Made by a program: the position numbers and the translations under genes | In this document: positions 54,387-64,000 of the stretch, in pieces | How the letters are laid out: every line of letters begins with the position of its first letter | How positions within the stretch are numbered: position 1 is the first letter of the stretch | The notes under the pieces: generated by a model | Told to the model about the DNA's origin: nothing | What the model saw: the letters and a program-made list of their open reading frames with translations, nothing else | The model's database searches: none | Source: an uncultured delta proteobacterium | GTDB taxonomy: Bacteria > Desulfobacterota > BSN033 > UBA1163 | Assembly (NCBI GenBank): GCA_963708295.1 | Contig: CAVPSJ010000013.1 | Span: forward strand, 1 to 64,000 | Direction of reading: 5' to 3' | Length of the DNA: 64,000 nucleotides

Positions 54387-55424
54387 GTGACCTCTTTCAC
54401 TGACTCACGCGGCGGGAAGAGATCATCTCCATCGGGCATTTTAATGGATTGGGAAGGATATCAAAATAGGGTGGATTTATCCATCATCATCGTCAATTGG
54501 AATACGAAAGAATTTCTGCTTCCCTGTGTGAAATCGGTTTTAGAAATCGGACAGGGGATTTCCAGTGAGTTGATTGTCGTCGATAACGGTTCCTGGGATG
54601 GAAGTAGAGATGAAGTGAAGAAAACATTTCCTTTCATCCACCTCGTCGAAAATGAGAAAAACCTGGGGTTTGCAAAGGCGGTCGATCAAGGGCTTCAAAA
54701 GGCATCCGGGAAATATGTCCTTCTTCTGAATCCGGACACTCGGGTGAAGCATGGAGCGATCGTGCAACTTCTTTCATTCATGGACTCCCACTTAGAGGCG
54801 GGGGTGGCGGGGGCACAACTTTTGAATTCAGATGGAACGAAGCAGAACTCCATCGCCAATTTTCCCTCCCTGGCCACGGAGCTTCTCAACAAGAGGGTAT
54901 TAAGATGGCTGTTTCCAAAACGGTTTCCGGGGAAGGAGAAATATTATTCTGAACCGATTGAGGTAGATTCGGTGATCGGTGCCTGTATGATGGTGAGGCG
55001 GGAGGCTTTGGATCAGGTGGGCTTCTTAGATGAGGATTACTTTCTTTTTCTCGAGGAGACGGATTGGTGTTATCGAATGAAGAAGGCAGAGTGGAAGATT
55101 TACCATATTCCTCAAGTCAAGGTTTATCACTTTCAAGGGAAAAGCGCTGAGGCGGAAAGAAAAAGAGCCAAGGTTGAGTATTATCGCTCACGCTACCATT
55201 TTTTTAAAAAGAACAAGGGGAATTTACAATGGGTCATCCTCCTCATTGGATTGCTGATAAGATTGGGATTCGAATTACTCTCTATGGCGGTGGCTTCTTC
55301 GGTTACCTTCTTTGCCATCAAGGGCTGGAGGAAAAAACTTGCAATTTATACCTACCTCTTTTGGTGGCATCTGAAATTATGTCCGGAGGACATGGGCCTG
55401 AGGAAACAAACCAATGTCCAGTGA
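54387..55424 (+). CDS. Glycosyltransferase family 2
   Basis: SIIIVNWNT, VVDNGS, LLNPD, DEDYFLFLEETDW. Confidence 0.9.
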   Translation: MTSFTDSRGGKRSSPSGILMDWEGYQNRVDLSIIIVNWNTKEFLLPCVKSVLEIGQGISSELIVVDNGSWDGSRDEVKKTFPFIHLVENEKNLGFAKAVDQGLQKASGKYVLLLNPDTRVKHGAIVQLLSFMDSHLEAGVAGAQLLNSDGTKQNSIANFPSLATELLNKRVLRWLFPKRFPGKEKYYSEPIEVDSVIGACMMVRREALDQVGFLDEDYFLFLEETDWCYRMKKAEWKIYHIPQVKVYHFQGKSAEAERKRAKVEYYRSRYHFFKKNKGNLQWVILLIGLLIRLGFELLSMAVASSVTFFAIKGWRKKLAIYTYLFWWHLKLCPEDMGLRKQTNVQ

Positions 55425-55508
55425 TAGAGCTCAAATTTCAAAAGGGAATTGCAGGGTTTTAACGGTCACGGGAAACGGTAACGAAACACGATTTAAAGGG
55501 GAGGTTCT

Positions 55509-56520
55509 ATGATTACGATTGCCGTCGTGGGAGCTGGGGCATGGGGGAAGAATCACATCAGGGTATTCTCCGAGACTTCCCAATGTCCGATTGAAATATG
55601 TCTGTGATCAGGATCCTTCCAAGTTGCGCTCAATACAGAAGACCTACCCCCAAACGAGAATGACTGAGGATTTGAAACCTATACTGCAAGACCCGGAGGT
55701 GAAAGGGGTCGTCGTGGCCTCTTCCGCGATCTCTCATTACTCCTTGTCAAAAGAAATCATGCTGGCGGATAAGGATGTGTTGGTAGAGAAGCCAATGTCC
55801 TTAAGCACCCGAGATGCCGAGGAGATGTTAAAGATAGCGGAGATGAGTAAAAGAATCCTCATGGTGGGTCATCTTCTGATCTATCATCCTGTCGTGGACC
55901 GGCTGAAGGAAATGGTTACTTCCGGAGAATTGGGGAAGCTCTACTATATTTATACTCAACGGGTTAACCTCGGGGTCATCCGTCAGGATGAAAATGCTCT
56001 GCTTTCATTTGCTCCCCACGATCTCTCCGTCATCCTATACCTCCTTGAAGAAGAACCGGTTGCGGTGACGGCTCATGGAGAAGGTTACATTCAAGAAGGG
56101 ATTGAAGATATCGCGTTTCTCAGTCTTCGATTCTCTGATGGAAAGATGGCCAATATCCATCTCAGTTGGCTGGATCCGCATAAGTTGAGAAGGATTACAA
56201 TTGTGGGATCAAAGAAGATGGTGGTTTTTGATGACATGGAAGCCTCTGAGAAATTGAAGGTTTATGATAAAGGCGTAAAGAATCTTTCCTATGATACGTA
56301 TGGAGAATATCTCAGCCTAAGGTTTGGAGACATTACGATCCCGAGCATTAAGATGTCTGAGCCGCTCCGGGCGGAAGCGGAACATTTTATTCGAAGCGTC
56401 GAGTCGAGAAAAGAACCTAAAACGAGCGGCCGGGATGGACTCAAAGTGGTAAAGATTCTGATGGCGGCTCAGGAGTCTTTAAAGAAAAAAGGGTTTCCAG
56501 TTGACCTCGAAGGAGAATAA
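55509..56520 (+). CDS. Gfo/Idh/MocA oxidoreductase (frameshift near 55545)
   Basis: ATG at 55509 gives IAVVGAG.WG; VLVEKP, MVGH. Confidence 0.88.
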
Positions 56521-56524
56521 AGAG

Positions 56525-57097
56525 ATGGGAAGAGAATACTTTATCCACGCCACGGCTGTTGTGGATGAGCCCGTGGAGATTGGGGAAGGGACGAAGATCT
56601 GGCATTTCACCCACATCATGTCAGGTGCCAGGATTGGGGAGAATTGCATCATCGGCCAAAATGTTTTTATCGGGTCCGGAGCTGTTTTAGGGAATAGTAT
56701 CAAAGTTCAAAACAATGTTTCTATCTTTGACGGAGTGATCTTAGAAGATGGTGTCTTCTGTGGGCCCTCCATGGTCTTTACCAACGTTTTTAACCCAAGG
56801 AGTTTCATATCGAGAAAGAAAGAGTTTCGGAAGACCTTGGTGAGAAAAGGAGCCACCATTGGCGCCAACGTGACGATCGTGTGCGGGAATACCATTGGTC
56901 AATATGCCTTCATCGGAGCCGGTTCTGTAGTGACCAAGGATATCCCGGATTATGCCTTGGTTTACGGTAATCCAGGAAAACTGAAGGGATGGGTGTGTCA
57001 ATGTGCTGAAGAGATCCGTTTTCGATCCGGGAGAGCCGTCTGTAAGGCCTGCGGGAAAAAATATAGAAAAGATTCCTCAGGGGTTCAGCCAACCTGA
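56525..57097 (+). CDS. Hexapeptide N-acetyltransferase, WbpD/WlbB-like
   Basis: [31 protein letters not shown]. Confidence 0.88.
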   Translation: MGREYFIHATAVVDEPVEIGEGTKIWHFTHIMSGARIGENCIIGQNVFIGSGAVLGNSIKVQNNVSIFDGVILEDGVFCGPSMVFTNVFNPRSFISRKKEFRKTLVRKGATIGANVTIVCGNTIGQYAFIGAGSVVTKDIPDYALVYGNPGKLKGWVCQCAEEIRFRSGRAVCKACGKKYRKDSSGVQPT

Positions 57098-57169
57098 AAA
57101 GGGAAAAGGGGACAGGCTACTTTATGGATGCCAAGAATTTCAAGGGGTTTCGTTGACAGAGGCAAAGGA

Positions 57170-58342
57170 ATGAAGATTGTGACGGTTGTGGGCGCAAGGC
57201 CCCAATTCATAAAGGCTGCAGCGGTCAGTCGAGCCATTCGAGGATTGAATAGAAGAAGGAATCGAATTCAGGAAGTTTTGGTTCATACGGGACAACATTA
57301 CGACTACTTGATGGATAAAGTCTTTTTTGAAGAGCTCGATCTTCCAAAGCCGGATTACCATCTCGGCGTGGGTTCTGGTTCTCATGGCGGACAGACTGGA
57401 ATAATGCTTGAGAGAATTGAGGCTGTTTTAAAAAAGGAAAAACCGAAATGGGTTCTCCTTTATGGGGATACCAATTCAACCCTCGCCGGAGCTTTGGCCG
57501 CCGCCAAACTGAATATTCCGATTGCCCATGTAGAAGCGGGATTGAGGAGTTATAACCGCAGAATGCCCGAAGAGATCAACCGCCTTCTGACAGATCATCT
57601 TTCGACCCTTCTTTTTTGTCCAACGAATCAAGCGATTAAAAACTTGGCAAGAGAGGGCATAAGGGATAGTCCCAGAAAAGCCGTTAGAAAAGTCGGCGAT
57701 GTCATGTACGATTCGATCCTCTATTATTCTAAAATAGCTGAAAAGAAATCAACTATTCTGAGAGATCTGAATCTTTTATCCACTAAAACTCCGAACTCCG
57801 TACGGGCGATTCATAAATCGTCCGTACACCGAACGCGGGATTATTATCTTGCCACTCTCCATCGCGCTGAAAATACGGATGATCCCAAAAGGCTCAGGTC
57901 TATTTTAAAGGCTTTGAATGAAATCGGGAGAAAGGTTTCTGTCATCCTTCCGCTTCATCCGAGGACGAAGAAGATCATGAAAGCTTATCATCTCTTTCCG
58001 AAGAGCCGATGGATCAAATGGATTGAGCCGGTATCCTATCTCGACATGCTTTATTTGGAGAAGCATGCGAAAGCCATCCTGACCGATTCGGGCGGAGTCC
58101 AGAAGGAGGCTTACTGGTTCAGGATTCCCTGTTTTACCTTAAGGGATGAAACGGAATGGGTCGAAACAGTCAAAAGCGGATGGAACGTACTGGTGGGGAC
58201 CGAGCTAAAAAGGATTGTAAAAGAAGTAGGTCAATGGGGAAAGCGAGGGAGAGTTTTAAAAGGGAATGGGGCATTTGGCGATGGGAGAGCCAGTCAGAAA
58301 ATTCTTCAACTATTAACAAGACGTTTGGTTGATCTGGGTTGA
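57170..58342 (+). CDS. wecB: Non-hydrolysing UDP-GlcNAc 2-epimerase (WecB/WbpI-like)
   Basis: GARPQFIK, HTGQHYD, GDTNST, HVEAGLRS, TDSGGVQKEA. Confidence 0.92.
   Translation: MKIVTVVGARPQFIKAAAVSRAIRGLNRRRNRIQEVLVHTGQHYDYLMDKVFFEELDLPKPDYHLGVGSGSHGGQTGIMLERIEAVLKKEKPKWVLLYGDTNSTLAGALAAAKLNIPIAHVEAGLRSYNRRMPEEINRLLTDHLSTLLFCPTNQAIKNLAREGIRDSPRKAVRKVGDVMYDSILYYSKIAEKKSTILRDLNLLSTKTPNSVRAIHKSSVHRTRDYYLATLHRAENTDDPKRLRSILKALNEIGRKVSVILPLHPRTKKIMKAYHLFPKSRWIKWIEPVSYLDMLYLEKHAKAILTDSGGVQKEAYWFRIPCFTLRDETEWVETVKSGWNVLVGTELKRIVKEVGQWGKRGRVLKGNGAFGDGRASQKILQLLTRRLVDLG
57800..57827. repeat. REP-like palindrome inside wecB
   Basis: GTACGGGCGATT-CATA-AATCGTCCGTAC. Confidence 0.75.
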
Positions 58343-58381
58343 TGTGAAAAATGGGAAAGAGGAAAATAAATCTATAAATCA

Positions 58382-59910
58382 ATGATCAGTAAGTTCATCG
58401 ACACCCTAAAAAGCCTTAATGAAAAACAGATCCTTCTGCTTCTCATCGGAGTGGCCTTTGCATTGAGGCTCTATGCTGTGCTGATGGCCCAGGGGATTGC
58501 CAATGATAGTGCCGTCTACGGTTTCATAGCAAGGGATTTTTTGAAGGGCGATTTTATAAAAGGGTTATCTTCGCCTGCTCCTCCTTTTTACCCTTTCTTG
58601 ATTTTCTTGTTTTCTCCGGATACCACACACGTTGAAATGGCGGGGAGATTGATCTCCCTCTTCTTCGGGACCCTTACCCTCGTTCCACTATTCTATTTAG
58701 TCAAGGAAGCCATCGGTCAAAAAGAAGCAATTCTTTCAGGGCTTCTCTATGTTTTCCATCCCTATCTCGTTACTTATTCAGGAATGTTGCTCACCGAAGC
58801 CACGTATTGGGGGTTGTTGGTTTCATCGGTCTATTTTTTCTGGACGGGGTTGAAAGAAGAGAAAGTTTGGAAGATGTCTTTTTCAGGGATTCTTCTTGAG
58901 CTGTCCTATCTCACAAGACCGGAGGGGATTGGTTACGTTTTGATTTATCTGGGTTGGGTGGTCCTGGAGGGGGTTCTTAGAAAGAAATGGTTTAAGAAAT
59001 TGATTCTCCTCGGGGTCCTCATCCTGAGCCTTTTCATTTTTGTTATTCCTTACGTCATTTATATCCATCAAGAAACCGGCCAATGGTTGATCAGTAAAAA
59101 GGCGTTGGAGGCACAGGCTCAATTTTTGAAAAAAGGGGAAGAGAAGGTCGATTTTTCAAAAGCCCTTGAACAAGATAAGCCCACTGGAAAGAATTCTAAA
59201 ATTCTAACGATCGTCCGAAACATCGTTCAATTTTTCCCCTTTGTCCTCTACCGCTATTTGAGGGCTTACCACTTCTCGCTGTGGCTATTGCTGTTTTTTG
59301 GATTAATCCGGGTGAGGCAAAAGGTCATCGGCTATGAAGTGTTCGTCGCTTCTCTGGTTCTCTTCCATCTATTGTCGTTGTCCACTTTTGTTCCGTCCGC
59401 AATCCGCTTTTCAATTCCAGTGGTTCCCCTTTCTCTTTTTTGGGCGGGGGCCGGTATTTTGGAGATCAAAAGATATTTGGAAAAAGTAGAAATATCCAAT
59501 CCAGAGAAAGCAGCTTTCTTCTTGATCCTCGTTATCATTTTGATCCAGCTGCCACAGGAGTTTGAAACCAGAGAGGAGCGCATCGCGCAGATCAGAAAAA
59601 GGTTGGCCAGTGGTTGCAGCAGAATACCCCTCCGGATGCAATCATCATGAGTAATAGCCCTCAGGAAGCATTCTATGCCGATCGGGAATTCATCATGTTA
59701 CGGCCAGAAATTTCTCGTCGGGGGATTCCGGGCAGTTCTTATAAGGAGATTGTCCATTATGCCAAAACAAGAGGCATTCGATATATTCTCGTCGATAAGA
59801 ATACGCATGAAACAAACCCAGATTTTTTTGAGTCCATTGAATCAAAGGATTTAAAAGAGATTTTTAGAAAAGCGGATCAAGGATTGATCATCTATGAGGT
59901 AGTCTATTGA
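58382..59910 (+). CDS. GT-C (ArnT/PMT-like) membrane glycosyltransferase (frameshift near 59560-59610)
   Basis: DS..Y, PP.YP, L.TE, TRPEG; multiple TM helices. Confidence 0.8.
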
Positions 59911-60122
59911 AATTCTCGAGAGTTGAAGGTGAGTTCTAATTCGTACAGACTTGATGTTTGCCGGCAGCAGCCTCTTCAGCCTGTTCAATCTCATCTTCCA
60001 TGTATTTGTCGTGCCGTCTTTATGCGAATGGGGGGAAGAACAGTTTGTTTGGGATGGATTAAGGAATATTCGGACATGGAAAATCGTTTGTCCATAATAG
60101 AGTAGGGAGACCGACTGATAAA

Positions 60123-61185
60123 ATGAATCATTGGAAAGTTCGAGATGGAAGTGAAAAGGATATGGAGGAGATTTTATCCCTTCGAAAATTGGTGTTTGGA
60201 GAAGAAGAAAAAGACAAACTTAGACCCTCGATTCTGGCAGTGGGAGTTTATGAAGGGGCCGGATGGAAGAGGGTTGGTCTATATCGTGGACCATGAGAAT
60301 AAAATCGTTGGTCACTTTGCGGATCTTCCAAGGCACTTTTCTGTCGATAAGGAAGTGGCTCTCGGAACTGTTTCAATCGACTTGATGGTTCATCCAGATT
60401 ACCGGAGAAGGGGCATCTTTGCAGCCATGGGGAGATATGGAGCTCAACGAGTTCAACAGGAGAAAGGACTTTTCATGACGTCCTTCCCCATTCGTTCAGA
60501 AACCATTCTCGGATTCAAAAAAATTGGCTGGAAAGAGGTGGCAAAACTTCCGGTCTTGGCCTACCCCATAAGGTTTAGAGGCATTTTGAACCGTTACCTT
60601 CATTTTTTACCTCTGAGTCTTCTCATGGGAGGTTTCATAAGGGTCTTCTATTTTCTTCTCTATGGTTTAAGGTGGGGGCGAAAAGGGGAGAGGAGTCGCA
60701 ATCGAAAAGGTTGATTCTTTTGATGAGCTATTTGATCGTTTCTGGCAAAAGGCATTATCCCTTCATCCCCTGATCGGGAGCCGTAATCGGCAATATTTAA
60801 CCTGGCGCTATCTTCAACACCCCACGCGTCACTATACCATTTATCGAGCCCGAAGAAGTGGAGAAATGATGGGGTATATTGTCTTAAGAAAGGTAGAGCT
60901 TCTTAACTTCAACAGTGCTGTGATCGTGGATTTATTGGCACTCGACGAGGAATCCATTTCAGCGTTAGTGAAAAGAGGGATTCAGCACAGCCGGCAAGAG
61001 GGGGCTGACCTTTTGGGCTTTATGGTCTCCCAAGGGCCATTCTTATTATAAGAGGCTGAGGAAGATGGGATTTCTTCCGAGTTTTAAGACATTTTTATTT
61101 ATGGTCTATCCCCATTCTGAAAGGAGAAGGTATCCTTTCTTCGGAGAAATGGTATGTAAATTGGGGGGACACGGACGTCATCTGA
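60123..61185 (+). CDS. GNAT-family acetyltransferase (several frameshifts)
   Basis: DLMVHPDYRRRGIF, GFKKIGW; continuation YLTWRY, IVDLL. Confidence 0.75.
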
Positions 61186-61188
61186 GGA

Positions 61189-61989
61189 TTGGCCTATCCC
61201 GATCGTGGGTGTGTGATGGGGAACATGGATAAATGGATAAAGGGATCAAACAAAATGAAGGATGCCGACAAATTAAGGATAAGAAATCAAAGATTTTTTG
61301 ACAACGCGTCCTTGGAGTACCATGATTTCATCGAAAAGAGCAAAGGTCAGAATCGGATCAATAATAAGGATGATAGCAAGAATATTATCGAGGCTCGAAT
61401 AGGCGAGAGAGTGTTGGACGTAGGGAACGGCGGCGTGAGAGGATTGTATCCGCCACAAACTTCCTTTTATGTTGGTGTTGATTTCAGTTTACAAATGTTG
61501 AGGGGAGGAAAGAACGGAACTTACGATAAGGTTTGCGGGGAGGCATTGAACCTCCCGTTCAAGGAGAAAAGCTTTAATACCATTCTATATTCCTACTTGT
61601 TGCACCATTTGGCCAAAGAAAGTATTGGGACAACCCTTGAATCCGTGAAGAAGGCCTTAAGAGGAGGCGGGAACTGTCTGAAGACGGGGGGCAACGTCAT
61701 TATTACCGAGACCTGCCTGCCCTCTTTTCTCGAAAAGGTGGAGAGAGCTTTCTTTTCCATTCTTAGAATCCTCTTGTTTTTTACGAGGCAATCAGAGGTC
61801 TTTCTCTTCTCCGCTGAGACGCTCACTCGAATTCTAACGGAATGCGGCTACAGAGAAATTACGGTTTGGAAAGTCTATCGAGGAGAAAGTCCATGGAAGT
61901 GGGTTCGTATTTCCATTGGTTTTCCCAGGCTCAAGATTCCGAGGTGGATGAATCCTTCGAGAATCATCATCTTCGAGGCAAAGCACTGA
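61189..61989 (+). CDS. Class I SAM-dependent methyltransferase
   Basis: VLDVGNGG, GVDFS, LPFKEKSF, LLHHL. Confidence 0.85.
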   Translation: MAYPDRGCVMGNMDKWIKGSNKMKDADKLRIRNQRFFDNASLEYHDFIEKSKGQNRINNKDDSKNIIEARIGERVLDVGNGGVRGLYPPQTSFYVGVDFSLQMLRGGKNGTYDKVCGEALNLPFKEKSFNTILYSYLLHHLAKESIGTTLESVKKALRGGGNCLKTGGNVIITETCLPSFLEKVERAFFSILRILLFFTRQSEVFLFSAETLTRILTECGYREITVWKVYRGESPWKWVRISIGFPRLKIPRWMNPSRIIIFEAKH

Positions 61990-62029
61990 AGCGGTCAGGG
62001 AGGAACATGAATGGTGGTCGATCAATGCC

Positions 62030-62863
62030 TTGTCGATTGATTTAGAGGAATGGTATCACTCCGAACTGGTGGAGGGAAGAAGATCTCCTTTCTCTCAGGC
62101 CGAAGAGGCGACGAAACCCATTCTTGACCTGTTGGATCGGTATCAAACGAAGGCCTCGTTCTTTGTCGTCGGGGAGGTAGCGGAGCAGAATCCCGATCTC
62201 ATCCGATCCATCTTCCGGAAAGGACATGAAATCGGGTGTCATACATTTTCTCACAAACTTGTATGGAATTTGGATGAGAGCCTCTTCCGGCAGGAGCTGG
62301 AACGTTTTCATTCCGTCATGGAAAGAATTCTGGGAAAGGTTAAGATCAAAGGGTTTCGTGCCCCTTGTTTTTCTATTGATAACCGTAACAAATGGGCCCT
62401 CAAGGTTCTTTTGGATTTTGGGTACCAATATGATGCGAGCATCTTTCCTTTGAAAATAAACCCTCTTTACGGAATAAGTGGAGCGCCCACTCGACCTTAC
62501 CGTATCTCTTTTGAAGATGTAAGAAAGGAGGATCCCCAAAGTCCCCTCATGGAGTTTCCTTTGTGCCCATTGAAGATCGGAAGACTGAAGATTCCCATCT
62601 CGGGAGGATTCTACCTGAGGGTTTTGCCACGGTTATTCCTTCACTGGGGATTGAGGAGAATCAATCGATCACAACCTTTCCTGGTCTATTTTCATCCCTG
62701 GGAAGGTTACGAAAAGACGCCCAGATTTAAACTCCCTCTTTTCAATCGCGTGATTTCATACTACGGCATCTCTTCCGCATTGAAAAAATTCGAATTTCTT
62801 TTAAAACATTTCAAATTTGCCAGAGTGGATCAAGTGCTCGGCCTGAGGATAGAGCGAAGATGA
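62030..62863 (+). CDS. Polysaccharide deacetylase (DUF3473-type)
   Basis: SIDLEEW, GHEIGCH...H, GFRAP, GGFYLR, YFHPWE. Confidence 0.9.
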   Translation: MSIDLEEWYHSELVEGRRSPFSQAEEATKPILDLLDRYQTKASFFVVGEVAEQNPDLIRSIFRKGHEIGCHTFSHKLVWNLDESLFRQELERFHSVMERILGKVKIKGFRAPCFSIDNRNKWALKVLLDFGYQYDASIFPLKINPLYGISGAPTRPYRISFEDVRKEDPQSPLMEFPLCPLKIGRLKIPISGGFYLRVLPRLFLHWGLRRINRSQPFLVYFHPWEGYEKTPRFKLPLFNRVISYYGISSALKKFEFLLKHFKFARVDQVLGLRIERR

Positions 62864-63890
62864 GACCTCAACCCTTACTATCCGTGATCATCCCCAACTG
62901 GAATGGACGAAGATTTCTTGAAGAGTGTATCGATTCTCTCAAGGGACAGACTTTCCAAGATTTCGAGACCCTCCTGGTGGATAACGGATCGACGGATGGT
63001 TCGGCTGACTTTGCTGAAGCGCAATACGGGGAGTTCATTCGGGTCCTTCGGAATAAGAAGAATCTCGGTTTCGCCGGGAGGGAATAATATCGGAATCCAA
63101 GCGGCGAGAGGGGAGTATATCGTCCTTTTAAATAATGATACCTGGGCCGACCCTCGCTGGCTTGAGGAGCTGGCCAAGGCGACCCGGTCCGATCCACCGA
63201 TCGGGATGTGGGCTTCTAAAGTTTGTTCCTACTCTCGAAGAGATCGAATCGAGGGGGTGGGAGAGCTCATCTACTGGGATGGATTGTGTCCGGGCCCGGG
63301 GACAGTATGAGCAGGATCACGGCCAGTACGACGTGATGGAAGAAATCCTTTTTCCGCCGGGATGCGGAGCCATGTACCGGAAAAGCCTGTTCGATGGGAT
63401 CGGTCTTTTTGACGAAGATTTCTTTGCCTATGCCGATGATAGCGAAATCGGGATTCGGGCACGACTGGCAGGCTGGAAATGTCTCTTTGTTCCCTCGGCC
63501 ATCGTCTATCATAAAAACTCTGGAACAGCCGGGCAATATTCTCCTCTGAAAGCCTTTTATGTCGAGAGAAACCGTTTCTGGATTACCATCAAATACTTCC
63601 CTTTTCCGCTGCTCCTTCTCAGTATCTTTTTTACATTCTATCGGTTTGCTTTCCAGGCTTATGGAGCCCTCACTCATCGAGGAGCTGCCGGAAGGTTTAC
63701 AGAAATCTATTCTCCGTTAAAATTAATCCTCATTCTATTAAAAGCCTACGGCTCAGGGATTCGTCTTCTCCCTCGGATGTGGAAGAAGAGGAGGATGTTA
63801 AGATCACTAAGAAAAGTCTCCTATGGTGAGATCTTTAGTTGGTTCCGACGATTCGGGATTACCGCTCAAAAAATCTCCCTTCGAAATTAA
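62860..63890 (+). CDS. Glycosyltransferase family 2 (frameshifts)
   Basis: SVIIPNWNG, VDNGSTDGS, LLNND, FDEDFFAYADD. Confidence 0.88.
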
Positions 63891-64000
63891 CAAAAGATTC
63901 GAAGAAACAGGTGTAAACAAGATATCGCTTCATAAGGAATAAATCGAATTTTCAGGACGGAGGAAGTCCAAGAAAGAATGCAGAAACAAAAAATCACGAA

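Noticed and set aside
59923-60105. Possible flippase N-terminal remnant (LMFAGSSLFSLFNLIFHVFV in an alternative frame)
   Set aside because: Too short to support by eye
1-63890. Frequent frameshifts (wzx, GTs, galE, mrcA, suhB, rarA, algI and others) as mass pseudogenisation or phase variation
   Set aside because: They hit core and accessory genes alike, often at short homopolymers, with intact motifs on both sides; sequencing/assembly indels are the simpler explanation. Read polishing would decide.

Overview
Bacterial chromosomal window, probably from a Desulfobacterota/Deltaproteobacteria-like organism (inferred from gene content and repeat types). Layout: (i) 1-8135, end of a Wzx-type surface-polysaccharide cluster; (ii) 8150-16850, an accessory region in which one full-length secreted beta-helix gene is preceded by three truncated, mosaic copies of its own 5' end, each separated by a toxin-antitoxin cassette (plus galE), with short GGGGAC/GGGGTC motifs at the junctions; (iii) tRNA-Thr(CGT) with a ~1.9 kb integrated mini-island (decayed integrase plus one methyltransferase); (iv) 19-43.7 kb, housekeeping genes (pfk, PBP1A, ECF sigma/anti-sigma, NlpC/P60, Sua5/YciO, suhB, rarA, pcm, TPR protein, FtsB-like); (v) an AlgI/AlgJ-type O-acetylation pair; (vi) 47-64 kb, an LPS core/O-antigen cluster. 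The window is dense in small non-autonomous repeats, including a TTGAC-bounded family that sits in-frame inside genes or supplies -35 boxes. Many genes, including core ones, are split by single frameshifts, most likely sequencing/assembly indels. All product calls come from motif recognition by eye; no database search was run.
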